Part shown: positions 18,336-28,480 of the stretch, one piece after another
Numbering within the stretch: the stretch's first letter is position 1
Layout: each line of letters opens with the position of its first letter
Origin: Candidatus Binatia bacterium
GTDB taxonomy: Bacteria > Desulfobacterota > Binatia > UBA1149 > CAITLU01
Direction of reading: 5' to 3'
Length of the DNA stretch: 64,000 nt
Assembly (NCBI GenBank): GCA_036493895.1
Contig: DASXOZ010000070.1
Coordinates: 38,868-102,867 of the forward strand
Position numbers and translations under genes: made by a program
The notes under the pieces: model-generated
Seen by the model: only the letters and a program-made list of their open reading frames with translations
Database searches by the model: none
Told to the model about the DNA's origin: nothing

Positions 18336-19880
18336 TCAGATGCTCAGGCGCGGATTGGCGCGGTTGCCGACCACGAGGCCGTGGAAAACGTAGGCGCAGT
18401 ACACCGCATACGCGGTCGTGACGACGCCGATGCAAAGAGTGAGAGCGAAGCCCTTGACGGGTCCGGATCCGAACTGGAACAGGATCACTCCCGACAGGAA
18501 CGTCGTCAGGTTCGAATCGAAAATCGCCGGAAGCGCTTTCCAGTAGCCGGCCTCCAGTGCCGCGTGCGCAGTCTGGCCGCGGCGCAGCTCTTCGCGGATG
18601 CGCTCGTTGATCAGCACGTTCGCATCGAGCGCCATGCCGAGCGTGAGCACGATGCCGGCGATGCCCGGCATCGTCAGCGTGCCGCGGAACCCTGCGAGCA
18701 GGGCCAGCATCAGCAGGATGTGGCCGGCCAACGCGAGGTCGGCAACCAGGCCCGCCATCTTGTAGTAGATCAGCATGAACGAGACGACGACGACCGCGCC
18801 GATGACGAACGAGCGGGTGCCGGCCTGGATCGAGTCGCGCCCGAGCGACGGTCCGACGCTGCGCTCCTCCTCGATGACCACCGGTGCCGGCAGGGCGCCG
18901 GCACGCAGTACGATCGCAAGGTCGCGCGCTTCGTCGAGCGTGAAGCTGCCGGTGATCACCGCGTGGCCTCCGCCGATGCGGTCCTTGATGACCGGCGCAC
19001 TTTGCACCTTGCCGTCCAGGATGATCGCCAGGCGCCTGCCGACGTTGTCGCCGGTGATGCGCTCGAACGTCGTCCCGCCGGGCGAAGTCAGCGTGATGGC
19101 GACGTACGGTCCTTCACCTACCTGCCCCGGACGGTGGCGCGCGTCGGCGATGGCCGCCCCGGTCATCAGGATCGTCGGCTCGACGTTGTAAGGCACCTCG
19201 CGGACGCTGTGCGTGGCCGGGTCCACCTCGGTGCCCGACATGCGCTTGACGCCCGGCGCATTGGCGTCCTGCGCGAGAAGACGGAACTCGAGCTGCGCCG
19301 TCTTGCCGATCAGCGCCTTGGCGCGCGCGGTGTCCTGGACACCGGGAAGCTGGATGAGAATGCCCTCGTCGCCGGTGCGCTGGATCGTCGGCTCGGCCAC
19401 GCCGAACTCGTCGACGCGGTTGCGGATCGTCTCCAGCGCCTGCTCGACGGCAAGTTGCTTGATGCCGTCCACTTCCGCCTTCGACAGCTTGTAGTGGAGG
19501 CCCCCTTCGGAGCCGGACGGCGCCAGGTTCGGATAGGAGTCGGAGACCAGCTTCTGCATGTCGGCGGTCTTCGCATCGCCGACTACCGTGAAGACCAGGC
19601 CTTCGCTGCCTTCGCGCTTCCAGTCGCGCGTGGCGATCTCCTTCTCGCGCGCGTCGCGGCGCATCTGGTCGATCAGCGCGTCGACGTGAGATTCGACCGC
19701 TTTCTCGGTCTGTACCTGGAGGACGAGATGAATCCCGCCGCGCAGGTCGAGCCCGAGAGAGATCGGCCGGCTCGGCCACCAGTCGGGAAGATCCGTCGTG
19801 AAGTTCGGCACGAGACAGATGATCGAGATCAACGTCACTGCCACGACGGCCGCCAGCCGCCCCATCAAGCCCCGTTCCAC
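18336..19880 (-). CDS. secD: Protein translocase subunit SecD
   Basis: SecD periplasmic and membrane domain sequence. Confidence 0.9.
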   Translation of the reverse strand: MERGLMGRLAAVVAVTLISIICLVPNFTTDLPDWWPSRPISLGLDLRGGIHLVLQVQTEKAVESHVDALIDQMRRDAREKEIATRDWKREGSEGLVFTVVGDAKTADMQKLVSDSYPNLAPSGSEGGLHYKLSKAEVDGIKQLAVEQALETIRNRVDEFGVAEPTIQRTGDEGILIQLPGVQDTARAKALIGKTAQLEFRLLAQDANAPGVKRMSGTEVDPATHSVREVPYNVEPTILMTGAAIADARHRPGQVGEGPYVAITLTSPGGTTFERITGDNVGRRLAIILDGKVQSAPVIKDRIGGGHAVITGSFTLDEARDLAIVLRAGALPAPVVIEEERSVGPSLGRDSIQAGTRSFVIGAVVVVSFMLIYYKMAGLVADLALAGHILLMLALLAGFRGTLTMPGIAGIVLTLGMALDANVLINERIREELRRGQTAHAALEAGYWKALPAIFDSNLTTFLSGVILFQFGSGPVKGFALTLCIGVVTTAYAVYCAYVFHGLVVGNRANPRLSI

Positions 19881-19891
19881 CCTGGTCCTCC

Positions 19892-20218
19892 TTATTCTGC
19901 CTTGGGTACGGCAGTGCCGGCGCTGCCGGCAATCTTGGAGCGCTCGTAGCGAACCTTGACGTTCGGTGCGATCTCCAGCGTCACGTCCTGGTCCCTCAGC
20001 TCGACGACGCGGCCGAACAGGCCGCTCTGCGTGATCACGAGCTCCCCGCGCTTGAGCCCCTTCAAGTAGTCCTCGTGCTCACGCGCTTTCTGCTGCTGGG
20101 GCCGGATCAACAGAAAATAGAAAACTGCCAGGATCAGTGCCAGCGGTACGAACTGGACGAAAGCGTCGGGCGCGGCCTGCGCGAGCAGCAGGGGGGCGGC
20201 GGCAGAAGTGCTATCCAT
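19892..20218 (-). CDS. yajC: Preprotein translocase subunit YajC
   Basis: 108 aa with a single TM helix and the YajC motif. Confidence 0.85.
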   Translation of the reverse strand: MDSTSAAAPLLLAQAAPDAFVQFVPLALILAVFYFLLIRPQQQKAREHEDYLKGLKRGELVITQSGLFGRVVELRDQDVTLEIAPNVKVRYERSKIAGSAGTAVPKAE

Positions 20219-21377
20219 GCTGTTCTTCTTCCTTGCCAGCTTCCTGCCGTGCGTCGTGCAGACGTTTTTCCACGTAACGAGCCCGGAATTTCGTCCGGAA
20301 TTCCTCGTACGCGTCCGCTGCCAGGGCCGCGCGTATGTCCCTCATCAGTCGCTGGTAGAAACGTACGTTGTGCAGGCTGCAGAGGATGGCTGCGAGCATC
20401 TCTCCGCGGCGCGCAAGATGGTGCAGGTAACCGCGCGAAAAGTCTAGGCAAGCTTCACAATCGCAACCGTCTTCCAGCGGCTCGGTGCTGGACGCGTGGC
20501 AGGCGTTGCGGATCGTCACCGGGCCCGAGGCCGTAAACACCATGCCGTTGCGGCCGTTGCGGGTCGGCAGCACGCAGTCGAACAGGTCGTAGCCCCAGCC
20601 GCAAAGCTCGACCAGGTCGAGGGGGGTCCCCATCCCCATCATGTAGCGGGGGCGCCGGCGCGGCAGCATTTCGACGGAGAACCGGGCAGTTCTCATCGTC
20701 TCGTCGCGGGCCTCCCCCACCGACAACCCGCCGACGGCGTAGCCGGGGAAATCCAGCGCCACCAGGCCCTCGGAGTTCTGCGCCCGCAGGTCTTCGAACA
20801 GGCCTCCCTGCTGGATCGCGAAAAACGACGTGGCCGGGCTCCCGTCGGTCACCTCCCTTGCCCTGCGGGCCCACCGCAGCGTTCGGTCGGCGGCCGAGGC
20901 CGCCGCGGGTCGATCCCCCGGATTGGCGACGCAGACGTCCAGCACCATGCCGACGTCGACGCCGAGGGTCTGCTCGAGAGCCACGACGCTTTCCGGCGTC
21001 ATCCGCAGCCTGGTCCCGTCCACCGGCGACCGGAAGACGGCGCCCTCTTCGTCGACCTTGACGTTGCCCGCCAGGCTGAACACCTGGAAGCCGCCGCTGT
21101 CGGTCAGCACCGGTCCGTTCCATCCCATGAACTTCTGGATGCCGCCGAGCGCGGCGATTGCCTGCGCCCCCGGCCGAAGCGCGAGATGGTACGCGTTCGA
21201 CAGCACCATCTGTACGCCGGCGCCGCGAAGCTGGCCGGGCGTGAGCCCTCTGACGCTGCCGTAGGTCCCGACGGGCATGAATGCCGGGGTCTCGACGCTT
21301 CCGTGCGCAAGCGTCAGGCGTCCCGTCCGTCCACCGCCCCGGGCCTCGTGGAGAATGTCGAATCGAAGCGCGCTCAC
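20211..21377 (-). CDS. tgt: Queuine tRNA-ribosyltransferase
   Basis: Tgt zinc site (CDCEAC) and catalytic region. Confidence 0.9.
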   Translation of the reverse strand: MSALRFDILHEARGGGRTGRLTLAHGSVETPAFMPVGTYGSVRGLTPGQLRGAGVQMVLSNAYHLALRPGAQAIAALGGIQKFMGWNGPVLTDSGGFQVFSLAGNVKVDEEGAVFRSPVDGTRLRMTPESVVALEQTLGVDVGMVLDVCVANPGDRPAAASAADRTLRWARRAREVTDGSPATSFFAIQQGGLFEDLRAQNSEGLVALDFPGYAVGGLSVGEARDETMRTARFSVEMLPRRRPRYMMGMGTPLDLVELCGWGYDLFDCVLPTRNGRNGMVFTASGPVTIRNACHASSTEPLEDGCDCEACLDFSRGYLHHLARRGEMLAAILCSLHNVRFYQRLMRDIRAALAADAYEEFRTKFRARYVEKRLHDARQEAGKEEEQHG

Positions 21378-22441
21378 CGGATGAGCATCGCATCGCCGTA
21401 GCTGTAGAAATGGTAACGCTCCGCGACAGCGGCCTCGTAGGCACGTTCGATGCAGTCGCGACCGGCCAGCGCCATCACGAGCGCGAGCAGCGTCGATCCT
21501 GGGAGGTGGAAGTTCGTCACGAGCGCATCGATTGCGCGGAAGCGGTGGCCCGGGCGGATGAACAGTCCGCTCGAAGCGCTGCCCGCGCGAACGACACCGT
21601 CGGCCTGCGCCGCGCTTTCGAGCGCGCGCACGGTCGTCGTGCCGACGGCGACCACCGGCCTGCCCTCTTCTTTCGCGCGGGCAATGCGCGCCGCCGTCTG
21701 CTCGTCGATCGAATAGCGCTCCTCTTCCATGCGATGGACGGAGAGGGATCCGCGCACCGGGCTGAAAGTTCCCGGTCCGACGTGCAACGTGATTTTCGCG
21801 AGATCGAAACCCGCCGATGCGAGCTCATCGATCAGCTCTTTGGTGAAATGCAGGCCTGCCGTCGGTGCGGCAACCGATCCGGGGCTGCGCGCGTACACGG
21901 TCTGGTAGCGTTCCAGATCCGCGTCGGAGGGTCCTTCGGCGCGCTCGATGTACGGCGGCAGCGGAAGCTCTCCGCAGCGCGCGAGCGCGTCGTCCACGGA
22001 CAGCGGTGCAAAGTCGAGGCTGGCGCGACCGAGAGCCGGTTCGCCGACGATGCACGCGGAGACTCCGGCGCCGAAATCGACGTGCTGGCCGGCGCGCAAG
22101 GGTTTCGCGACACGGATCATCGCGGGGGCAACCGTACGGCTTCCCGCGCCGAGAAGCAGCGCTTCGACCGCGCCGCCGCTGCCTCGCTTGACGCCGCGCA
22201 GCCGCGCGCGGATCACGCGCGAATCGTTGGCGACCAGAAGCGCGCCGGCGGGCAGATGACGCCCGAGATCGGCGAACGACGCGTGCGCCGTGGTGCCGGT
22301 TGCGCCATCGAGCACCATCAGCCGCGAAGCATCGCGGCGATGCGCCGGCACCTGCGCGACGAGCTCGGGTGGAAGGCGATACTCCAGCTCGCCGGTCCAG
22401 AAAGGACCGCCGGCCGGCGCGGCCGCAGGAGCTGTCTTCAC
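21374..22441 (-). CDS. queA: S-adenosylmethionine:tRNA ribosyltransferase-isomerase
   Basis: QueA sequence. GTG start at 22441 overlaps the stop of the upstream band-7 gene by GTGA. Confidence 0.9.
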   Translation of the reverse strand: MKTAPAAAPAGGPFWTGELEYRLPPELVAQVPAHRRDASRLMVLDGATGTTAHASFADLGRHLPAGALLVANDSRVIRARLRGVKRGSGGAVEALLLGAGSRTVAPAMIRVAKPLRAGQHVDFGAGVSACIVGEPALGRASLDFAPLSVDDALARCGELPLPPYIERAEGPSDADLERYQTVYARSPGSVAAPTAGLHFTKELIDELASAGFDLAKITLHVGPGTFSPVRGSLSVHRMEEERYSIDEQTAARIARAKEEGRPVVAVGTTTVRALESAAQADGVVRAGSASSGLFIRPGHRFRAIDALVTNFHLPGSTLLALVMALAGRDCIERAYEAAVAERYHFYSYGDAMLIR

Positions 22442-23244
22442 GCGCCGGTCTCGTCCTTGGGCGGGCCGGCGGGAGCGTCCGACGAGGCAGCGTGGCGCGC
22501 CGCCATCGCGACGAAAGGCGAAAGCAGGTCGACCGGAATCGGCAGCACCAGCGTCGTCGTGTGCTCGGAAGAAATCTCGACCATCGTCTGCAGGAAACGA
22601 AGCTGGATCGCGATCGGATGCTTGCCCATGATTTCGGCGGCTTCCGAAAGACGAGTCGCCGCCTGGAATTCCCCTTCGGCGTGGATGACTTTCGCGCGGC
22701 GGTCTCTCTCGGCTTCCGCCTGCCTGGCCATCGCCCTCTGCATCTCCTGAGGCAGGTCGATCTGCTTCAGCTCGATGGCCACCACCTGGATTCCCCACGG
22801 AGAGGCCTGTTCATTGAGGATCTTCTGGATCTGCTCGTTGAGACGTTCGCGGTCGGACAGCAGCTGGTCGAGGGTGGCCTGGCCGCAGACGCTTCTCAGC
22901 GTCGTCTGCGCCAGCAGCGAGGTCGCGTAAAGGTAGTTCTCGACTTCGATGACGACACGGCTCGGCTCGAGGACACGGAAATACAGCACGGCATCGACTT
23001 TGACCGACACGTTGTCGTGAGTGATCACGTCCTGGGCCGGCACGTCGATGGTGGTCGTGCGCATGTCGATGCGGCTCATGCTCTCGATCAGCGGGATGAC
23101 GAAGATCAGGCCGGGACCACGAAACGGCACGAGGCGCCCGAGGCGCAGCACCACGGCTCGCTCGTATTCGCGGATCACGTTGATGCCGTTTGCCACCACG
23201 AGCACGACAAGCAGCAGGACCACCGGGAAGAAGTCGAATGGCAT
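22438..23244 (-). CDS. SPFH/band-7 (stomatin-like) membrane protein
   Basis: N-terminal TM helix followed by an SPFH domain. Confidence 0.8.
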   Translation of the reverse strand: MPFDFFPVVLLLVVLVVANGINVIREYERAVVLRLGRLVPFRGPGLIFVIPLIESMSRIDMRTTTIDVPAQDVITHDNVSVKVDAVLYFRVLEPSRVVIEVENYLYATSLLAQTTLRSVCGQATLDQLLSDRERLNEQIQKILNEQASPWGIQVVAIELKQIDLPQEMQRAMARQAEAERDRRAKVIHAEGEFQAATRLSEAAEIMGKHPIAIQLRFLQTMVEISSEHTTTLVLPIPVDLLSPFVAMAARHAASSDAPAGPPKDETGA

Positions 23245-23320
23245 GCAGGCCGGTTCTATCCCATGCCGGCGCGCGAGGTCGAGTCAGCGGCCCCCCTCGG
23301 CGGCCGTCCGGGTGTGGCTC

Positions 23321-24169
23321 CTAGCGGGAGGGGCGCACGAGGCCGAGGCGGGCCATCACCAGCTTGATGTCTTCCCAGACCAGGCGCTTGTCGGCCGGGT
23401 TTCGCAGCAGGTAGGCCGGATGGAAGGTCGGCATCAGCGGCACGCCATTGAATTCGTGCCAGCGCCCTCGCCTCTTGGAGATCGGCGTGCGATCGCCGAG
23501 CAGCGCCTGGGTCGCGAACTTGCCTAGCGAGACGATCACCTGCGGCGAAACCAGCTCGACCTGGCGGCGCAGGAACGGCTCGCACGCGACGATCTCGTCC
23601 GGCTCCGGATCGCGGTTGTTCGGCGGCCGGCACTTGACGACGTTCGCGATGTACACGTCCGAGCGCGAAAGGCCCATCGCGTTGGTGATGATGCTGTCGA
23701 GAAGCGCGCCGGCCTTGCCGACGAACGGCTCGCCGAGACGGTCCTCGTCCTCGCCGGGACCTTCGCCGACGAACATCAGGCTCGCCGACGGATTGCCGAC
23801 GCCGAACACGATGTTCGTTCTTCCGCGGCAGAGCTTGCAGCGCCGGCAGTCGCCGAGCACTTCGCGCAGAGCCGGCAAGCTCGAAGCCTCGCGGATCGCG
23901 GGCTCGACGAGAACTTCGGACAGGCTGCTTCCGGGAGATGGCGAAGACGCTGCGACGAAACTTGCCGCTTCGCCTGGAAGCGGAGCCTCTGCTGCGCGCG
24001 ACGGCGCTTCGGCAGGTGAAGGGGCTCGCGTGACGGGCGATTGCAACGCATCGCCGGCCCGTGCACGCGGTCCCGCAGGCGCGCGCGGAACGACGTCGAG
24101 CCCGAGCCCGATTTCCCGTTCCAGCCAGGCCTTTGCCTGGCGGGCAATGAGAGGATCGAGCGGGCTCAC
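23321..24169 (-). CDS. Uracil-DNA glycosylase, family 4, with an Ala/Pro-rich N-terminal extension
   Basis: Family-4 motif [23 protein letters not shown] start overlaps the coaBC stop by GTGA. Confidence 0.8.
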   Translation of the reverse strand: MSPLDPLIARQAKAWLEREIGLGLDVVPRAPAGPRARAGDALQSPVTRAPSPAEAPSRAAEAPLPGEAASFVAASSPSPGSSLSEVLVEPAIREASSLPALREVLGDCRRCKLCRGRTNIVFGVGNPSASLMFVGEGPGEDEDRLGEPFVGKAGALLDSIITNAMGLSRSDVYIANVVKCRPPNNRDPEPDEIVACEPFLRRQVELVSPQVIVSLGKFATQALLGDRTPISKRRGRWHEFNGVPLMPTFHPAYLLRNPADKRLVWEDIKLVMARLGLVRPSR

Positions 24170-25368
24170 GACGCGGCGGCAAGCTCGATCGCACGATCGA
24201 GGATCATGCAGGCAAGCTTGTCCTTGCTGACCAGACCGGTCGCCTTCTGGCCCGTGGCATCGACGAGCACCGCGGCGTTCGTCTCCGTCTCGAACCCGGC
24301 ACCCACACGCGTGACGTCGTTGCCGACGATCAGGTGCGCGCGCTTTCGCTCGAGCTTTCCTCTTGCGTGCTCGAGCACGTTTTCGGTCTCGGCGGCAAAG
24401 CCGACGAGCACCCGCTTGCCCGGCAGGCCGCCGAGCGCGGCCAGGATGTCCTCGTTCTCGGCCAGCGGGATGACCATCGCTCGGCCGTCCTGCTTCTTGA
24501 TCTTGTGGTCGGCGCACTCGGCGGGACGGTAGTCCGCTACCGCGGCGACCATCACGACGATGTCGGACGACGGCGCACGCACGAGCATCGCTTCGCGCAT
24601 TTCGGCCGCGGTCGAGACGTTGACGCGCTCGACTCCGCGCGGGGCAGCCAGCGCCGTCGGTCCGGAGACGAGAGTCACCCTGGCGCCTCGCCGCCACGCG
24701 GCCGAGGCGACGGCATAACCCATGCGCCCGCTCGAGCGATTGGTCAGGTAGCGAACCGGATCGAGAGGCTCCCGCGTCGGTCCCGCCGAAACGAGAACGC
24801 TCCTGCCGCAAAGGTCGTCCGGTGACAGCGCCGCCGCGACTTCCGCGACGAGCGCATCCGGATCGGGAAGGCGGCCCGCCCCCTCGTAGCCGCAGGCAAG
24901 CGCGCCGCTGTCGCTTTCGACGATGCGGTGGCCGAACGAGGCCAGCGTCGCCAGGTTCTTCTGCACGGCCGGGTGCGCGAGCATGTTCGTGTTCATCGAC
25001 GGCGCGACGACGACGGGACAGCGCGCAACCAGCAGCGCCGCAGTGACAATGTCGTCGGCCATGGCGCAGGCCATGCGCGAGACGAGGTTGGCGGTGGCCG
25101 GTGCAACCAGCACGACGTCGGCCTCCTCGGCGATGCGGATGTGGCCGATGGCCGCGTCGTCGCGGACATCGAGAAGGTCGAGCGCGACGGCGCGCTGCGA
25201 CAGCGTCTGCAGCACCAGCGGCGAGACGAACTCGCGCGCGGACTTCGTCATCGCCACCTGCACTTCGGCGCCTTCGGCCAGAAGGCGGCGCACGAGCTCC
25301 GGGCACTTGTAAGCCGCGATACCGCCGCCGATGCCGAGAAGAACGCGCTTGCGAGACAGGAGATCCAT
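24166..25368 (-). CDS. coaBC: Bifunctional phosphopantothenoylcysteine decarboxylase / phosphopantothenate-cysteine ligase
   Basis: Flavoprotein N-terminal half ([12 protein letters not shown]) and CoaB C-terminal half. Start at Met 235 of the track ORF. Confidence 0.9.
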   Translation of the reverse strand: MDLLSRKRVLLGIGGGIAAYKCPELVRRLLAEGAEVQVAMTKSAREFVSPLVLQTLSQRAVALDLLDVRDDAAIGHIRIAEEADVVLVAPATANLVSRMACAMADDIVTAALLVARCPVVVAPSMNTNMLAHPAVQKNLATLASFGHRIVESDSGALACGYEGAGRLPDPDALVAEVAAALSPDDLCGRSVLVSAGPTREPLDPVRYLTNRSSGRMGYAVASAAWRRGARVTLVSGPTALAAPRGVERVNVSTAAEMREAMLVRAPSSDIVVMVAAVADYRPAECADHKIKKQDGRAMVIPLAENEDILAALGGLPGKRVLVGFAAETENVLEHARGKLERKRAHLIVGNDVTRVGAGFETETNAAVLVDATGQKATGLVSKDKLACMILDRAIELAAAS

Positions 25369-26384
25369 CAGGCCACCTCGCGTACCGATTCGCCCATGCC
25401 TGCCAGATCGCGCAGCGAAAGTCCCTCCCGAAGCAGGAACACGATGCCGAGCGCCACCTGGGTCAGGAACTGGGTCGTGTGCACGAGGATCGCGTACCCG
25501 ACCGCGACGCCGCCGGCAACCCCGAGCACCTGCTCGAGCGCCAGCTTGCACCCGTATTCGAAGGACCCGACGAAGGCCGGCGCCGACGGAAACGCCACGG
25601 CAAGCGCGACGATCGTCGACACCGTGATGCCGCCGCTGAGGAATGGCAGGTCGATTCCCAGCGCCTGGAATGCAACCGAATACGAGAGCGCGATCAGCAG
25701 CCAGATCCACAGCGACCATGCGAACAGGATCACGAGCGTCACAGGCTCGGCAATCGGCGCCATGCCGTCGACGAACTCGTGCTCGAGAAGGCGCAGCGAA
25801 GCACCGATGCGGGGAATGCGGTCCCACAGCGGATCGAGCTTCGGCAGCACCGTCTCGCGCCGCACGACGACCGCGAGAACGGCGGCGAACGACAGCATCG
25901 CGATCGCGGCAGCGGCCTCGGCCGAATGATGCACGACCGGCGGCACGTCCAGGGTCATGACGATGCCGACGACGAACAATGCCAGCGCCATCATGTCGAG
26001 CACCCGCTCGACGACCACCGTCGCGAACGTGCTGGCCGGCGCAAGACCCGCGCCGCGCGCGACCAGCCACGGCCGTGCGATCTCGCCGACGCGAAACGGC
26101 AGCACCATGTTGGCCATGAACCCGATCGCCGAAGCCGAGAAGATCGGCATCATCGGGATGCGGCGGTTATGCGTTTTTTCGAGCAGGATGCGCCAGCGCT
26201 GGCAGCGCGCGTACAGCGTGTACACGCCCATCGGCACCATCAGCGCAAGGAAGCGGTAGTCCGCGCCCGCAAGCTCGCTGCGGATGCGTCCCCAGTCCTC
26301 GCCGCGCAGCGCGAGCCACAGGAACAGGCCGGACAGGCCGATGCCGGCGCCGAGTTGCAGCGCCCTGCGGACTTCGGCTGTCAT
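25368..26384 (-). CDS. UPF0104 / flippase-like polytopic membrane protein (lysylphosphatidylglycerol-synthase TM-region-like)
   Basis: About 8 predicted TM helices. TGATG overlap with the coaBC start. Confidence 0.55.
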   Translation of the reverse strand: MTAEVRRALQLGAGIGLSGLFLWLALRGEDWGRIRSELAGADYRFLALMVPMGVYTLYARCQRWRILLEKTHNRRIPMMPIFSASAIGFMANMVLPFRVGEIARPWLVARGAGLAPASTFATVVVERVLDMMALALFVVGIVMTLDVPPVVHHSAEAAAAIAMLSFAAVLAVVVRRETVLPKLDPLWDRIPRIGASLRLLEHEFVDGMAPIAEPVTLVILFAWSLWIWLLIALSYSVAFQALGIDLPFLSGGITVSTIVALAVAFPSAPAFVGSFEYGCKLALEQVLGVAGGVAVGYAILVHTTQFLTQVALGIVFLLREGLSLRDLAGMGESVREVA

Positions 26385-26408
26385 CGGCCGTGCGCGGCCC
26401 TTCCGGCC

Positions 26409-26744
26409 TCAGCGGCGGAAACGGGACGGAGGCGGTTCGGGAATCTGGACGTCGGCGTGCAGGGTCTTCGCGCGGGCGAGCAGCACGTCCTCGGTCTCGG
26501 GAATTTCCGGGTTCGGTACGCAGCAGTCCACCGGGCATACCGCAGCGCATTGCTCCTGGTCGAAGAAGCCGACGCACTCGGTGCATTTCTGGGGGACGAT
26601 GTAGTAGATGTCCTCCGTGATCGCGTCGTGCATCGAGCCGTCCGGAGACTCCCACTGCACGCCGCCCTCATAGATGGCGGTGTTCGGGCACTCGGGCTCG
26701 CAGGCTCCGCAGTTGATGCATTCTTCTGTGATCATCGTGGCCAT
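26409..26744 (-). CDS. Ferredoxin, 7Fe/FdxA-like
   Basis: CINCGACEPECP and CAAVCPVDC cysteine clusters. Start at Met 17 of the track ORF. Confidence 0.8.
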   Translation of the reverse strand: MATMITEECINCGACEPECPNTAIYEGGVQWESPDGSMHDAITEDIYYIVPQKCTECVGFFDQEQCAAVCPVDCCVPNPEIPETEDVLLARAKTLHADVQIPEPPPSRFRR

Positions 26745-26839
26745 ACCACGTCTCTCCTGACTGGCGCGCGCGTCGCGGGCGCCTTCGAGCAAAGTTCGGG
26801 AATGCTGGCACGGGCCTGAGGGCTAGTAAAGCACCGCCG

Positions 26840-27880
26840 TTGCACAATCCGGGGTCGTTTCGCTTTCCCGGCCGGTTGTGGTCCAAGCCCGGCGCCGTGT
26901 CTTCCGAGTCTGTCGTCTCCGTTGCCGGCCTGCCTGGGCCCCTTCGCCTGATCGACGAGGATCTCGTCCGGGTCGAAGAGCGCATCGCGCAGATGATCGC
27001 CGCTCGCGAAAGCCGGCTGACCGAGATTTCCGACTACCTGATCAACGCCGGCGGCAAGCGCGTTCGCCCCGCGGTCGCGCTGCTGCTCTTCCGTGCCTGC
27101 GGCGGTAGCGACGTAAGCCCGATGGTCGACCTGTCGGTTTCCCTCGAGCTGATCCATACCGCGACGCTGCTGCACGACGACATCATCGATTCGAACGACG
27201 TGCGCCGTGGCAAGGACGCAGCGCCGGTGCGTTTCGGCATCGCCGACACGCTCGTCACCGGCGACTTCCTGTTTTCGCGCGCGTTCCAGATGGCCGGGCG
27301 CTTCGAGGAGAAGGTGGTCAACTGGGCCGCCGAAGCCTGCGTCGAGCTGACCGAGGGCGAGATCATGCAGGGGCGCTTCCGGCGCAACGCCGCGGTCACC
27401 GAGGCGGACTACCTCGAGATCATCTCGCGCAAGACCGCGTCGCTGTTCGCCGTCGGCACCCGCCTTGCGGGGCACTTGTCGGGCTTCAGCCCGGAGCGCG
27501 TCGAAGAGATGGCGCGGTGCGGGCGCGAGGTCGGCATGGCGTTCCAGATGATCGACGACGTGCTCGACGTCGAGGGCGATCCGTCCAAGATCGGCAAGCG
27601 CGTCGGCACAGACCTCATCGACGGCAATCCTTCGCTTCCGGTGGTCTGGGGACTCGAGTTGCCGTCGGTGCACCGCGCCTTCCTCGAGGAGCGCGTGGCG
27701 CCTTCGGTCATCGAGGCAGCACTCGGTGAGATTCGTCGCTCGGGAATCCTGGATCGGGTACGCGAGAAGGCCGTCGTCCATGCGCGCGAAGCTGCGGCAG
27801 TCGTCGACACCCTGCCCGCCTCCAAGTATCGCGACGGCGTGCGCGCTCTCGTCGAGCAGCTCGTCGCACGCGAGCTCTGA
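26840..27880 (+). CDS. ispB: Polyprenyl (octaprenyl/solanesyl) diphosphate synthase
   Basis: FARM motif LLHDDIID and second aspartate-rich motif DDVLD. Confidence 0.8.
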   Translation: MHNPGSFRFPGRLWSKPGAVSSESVVSVAGLPGPLRLIDEDLVRVEERIAQMIAARESRLTEISDYLINAGGKRVRPAVALLLFRACGGSDVSPMVDLSVSLELIHTATLLHDDIIDSNDVRRGKDAAPVRFGIADTLVTGDFLFSRAFQMAGRFEEKVVNWAAEACVELTEGEIMQGRFRRNAAVTEADYLEIISRKTASLFAVGTRLAGHLSGFSPERVEEMARCGREVGMAFQMIDDVLDVEGDPSKIGKRVGTDLIDGNPSLPVVWGLELPSVHRAFLEERVAPSVIEAALGEIRRSGILDRVREKAVVHAREAAAVVDTLPASKYRDGVRALVEQLVAREL

Positions 27881-27993
27881 ACCGCAAAATCGGCAAGCTC
27901 CAGCTCGCGGCCCGGTGCCGCGTCGCTGCCGGGCACGCGGCGCCGTCCGGGCCAGGCCGGGACCGGGCTCTGCCCGGCCGGCGGCCGGCACAC

Positions 27994-28242
27994 TCAGTTG
28001 ATGCGGGCGCCGGTTTCGTGGTTCGCGTCCCACAGGGCGCGGATCAACTGTTCGGCCGAATGGAACTCGCGGTTCATCGTCACGAGGGAATCCAGCGTCG
28101 AGACGAGCTCGCGGCGGTCGTCGCCGACCTTGCAGGCCGGGTCGCAAAGACGCGACAGGCGGCGGGCCGCCACGACGAGATTCTCCGAGGCGTGGCGCAG
28201 GTGAACGGCAAGGTCGAGAAAGCTTTTTTCGTCGATGATCAT
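27994..28242 (-). CDS. Hypothetical 82-aa protein
   Basis: ORF with a strong RBS (AAGGGGAG, 6 nt before the ATG). It is monocistronic, with a terminator upstream and a convergent gene downstream. Confidence 0.4.
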   Translation of the reverse strand: MIIDEKSFLDLAVHLRHASENLVVAARRLSRLCDPACKVGDDRRELVSTLDSLVTMNREFHSAEQLIRALWDANHETGARIN

Positions 28243-28324
28243 CGTGACTCCCCTTCGATCTGGTTTCAGCCGTCAGAGGAGCAAGCGACGGACCATCGCA
28301 GGACAATGTCGTCCAACACCTGAC

Positions 28325-28353
28325 AAAAAAGCGGCAACCTGCCGCTTTTCTTG
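28325..28353. terminator. Rho-independent terminator with A-run, hairpin and T-run, usable in both orientations
   Basis: AAAAAAGCGGCAaccTGCCGCTTTTCTTG. It lies ~130 nt after the stop of the AAA-SPOR gene. Confidence 0.6.
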
Positions 28354-28480
28354 ATAAATCATTTCGGGAGTGAATTGGTACCGAGCGGGCAGGCCCGCAC
28401 ACGTCCGTACCGGCGCGTGCGAACCTGTCCGCAGTAACGCGGCCGGGGCCTTCCCCGCCCCGGCCGCGGCCGCCGCCGCG

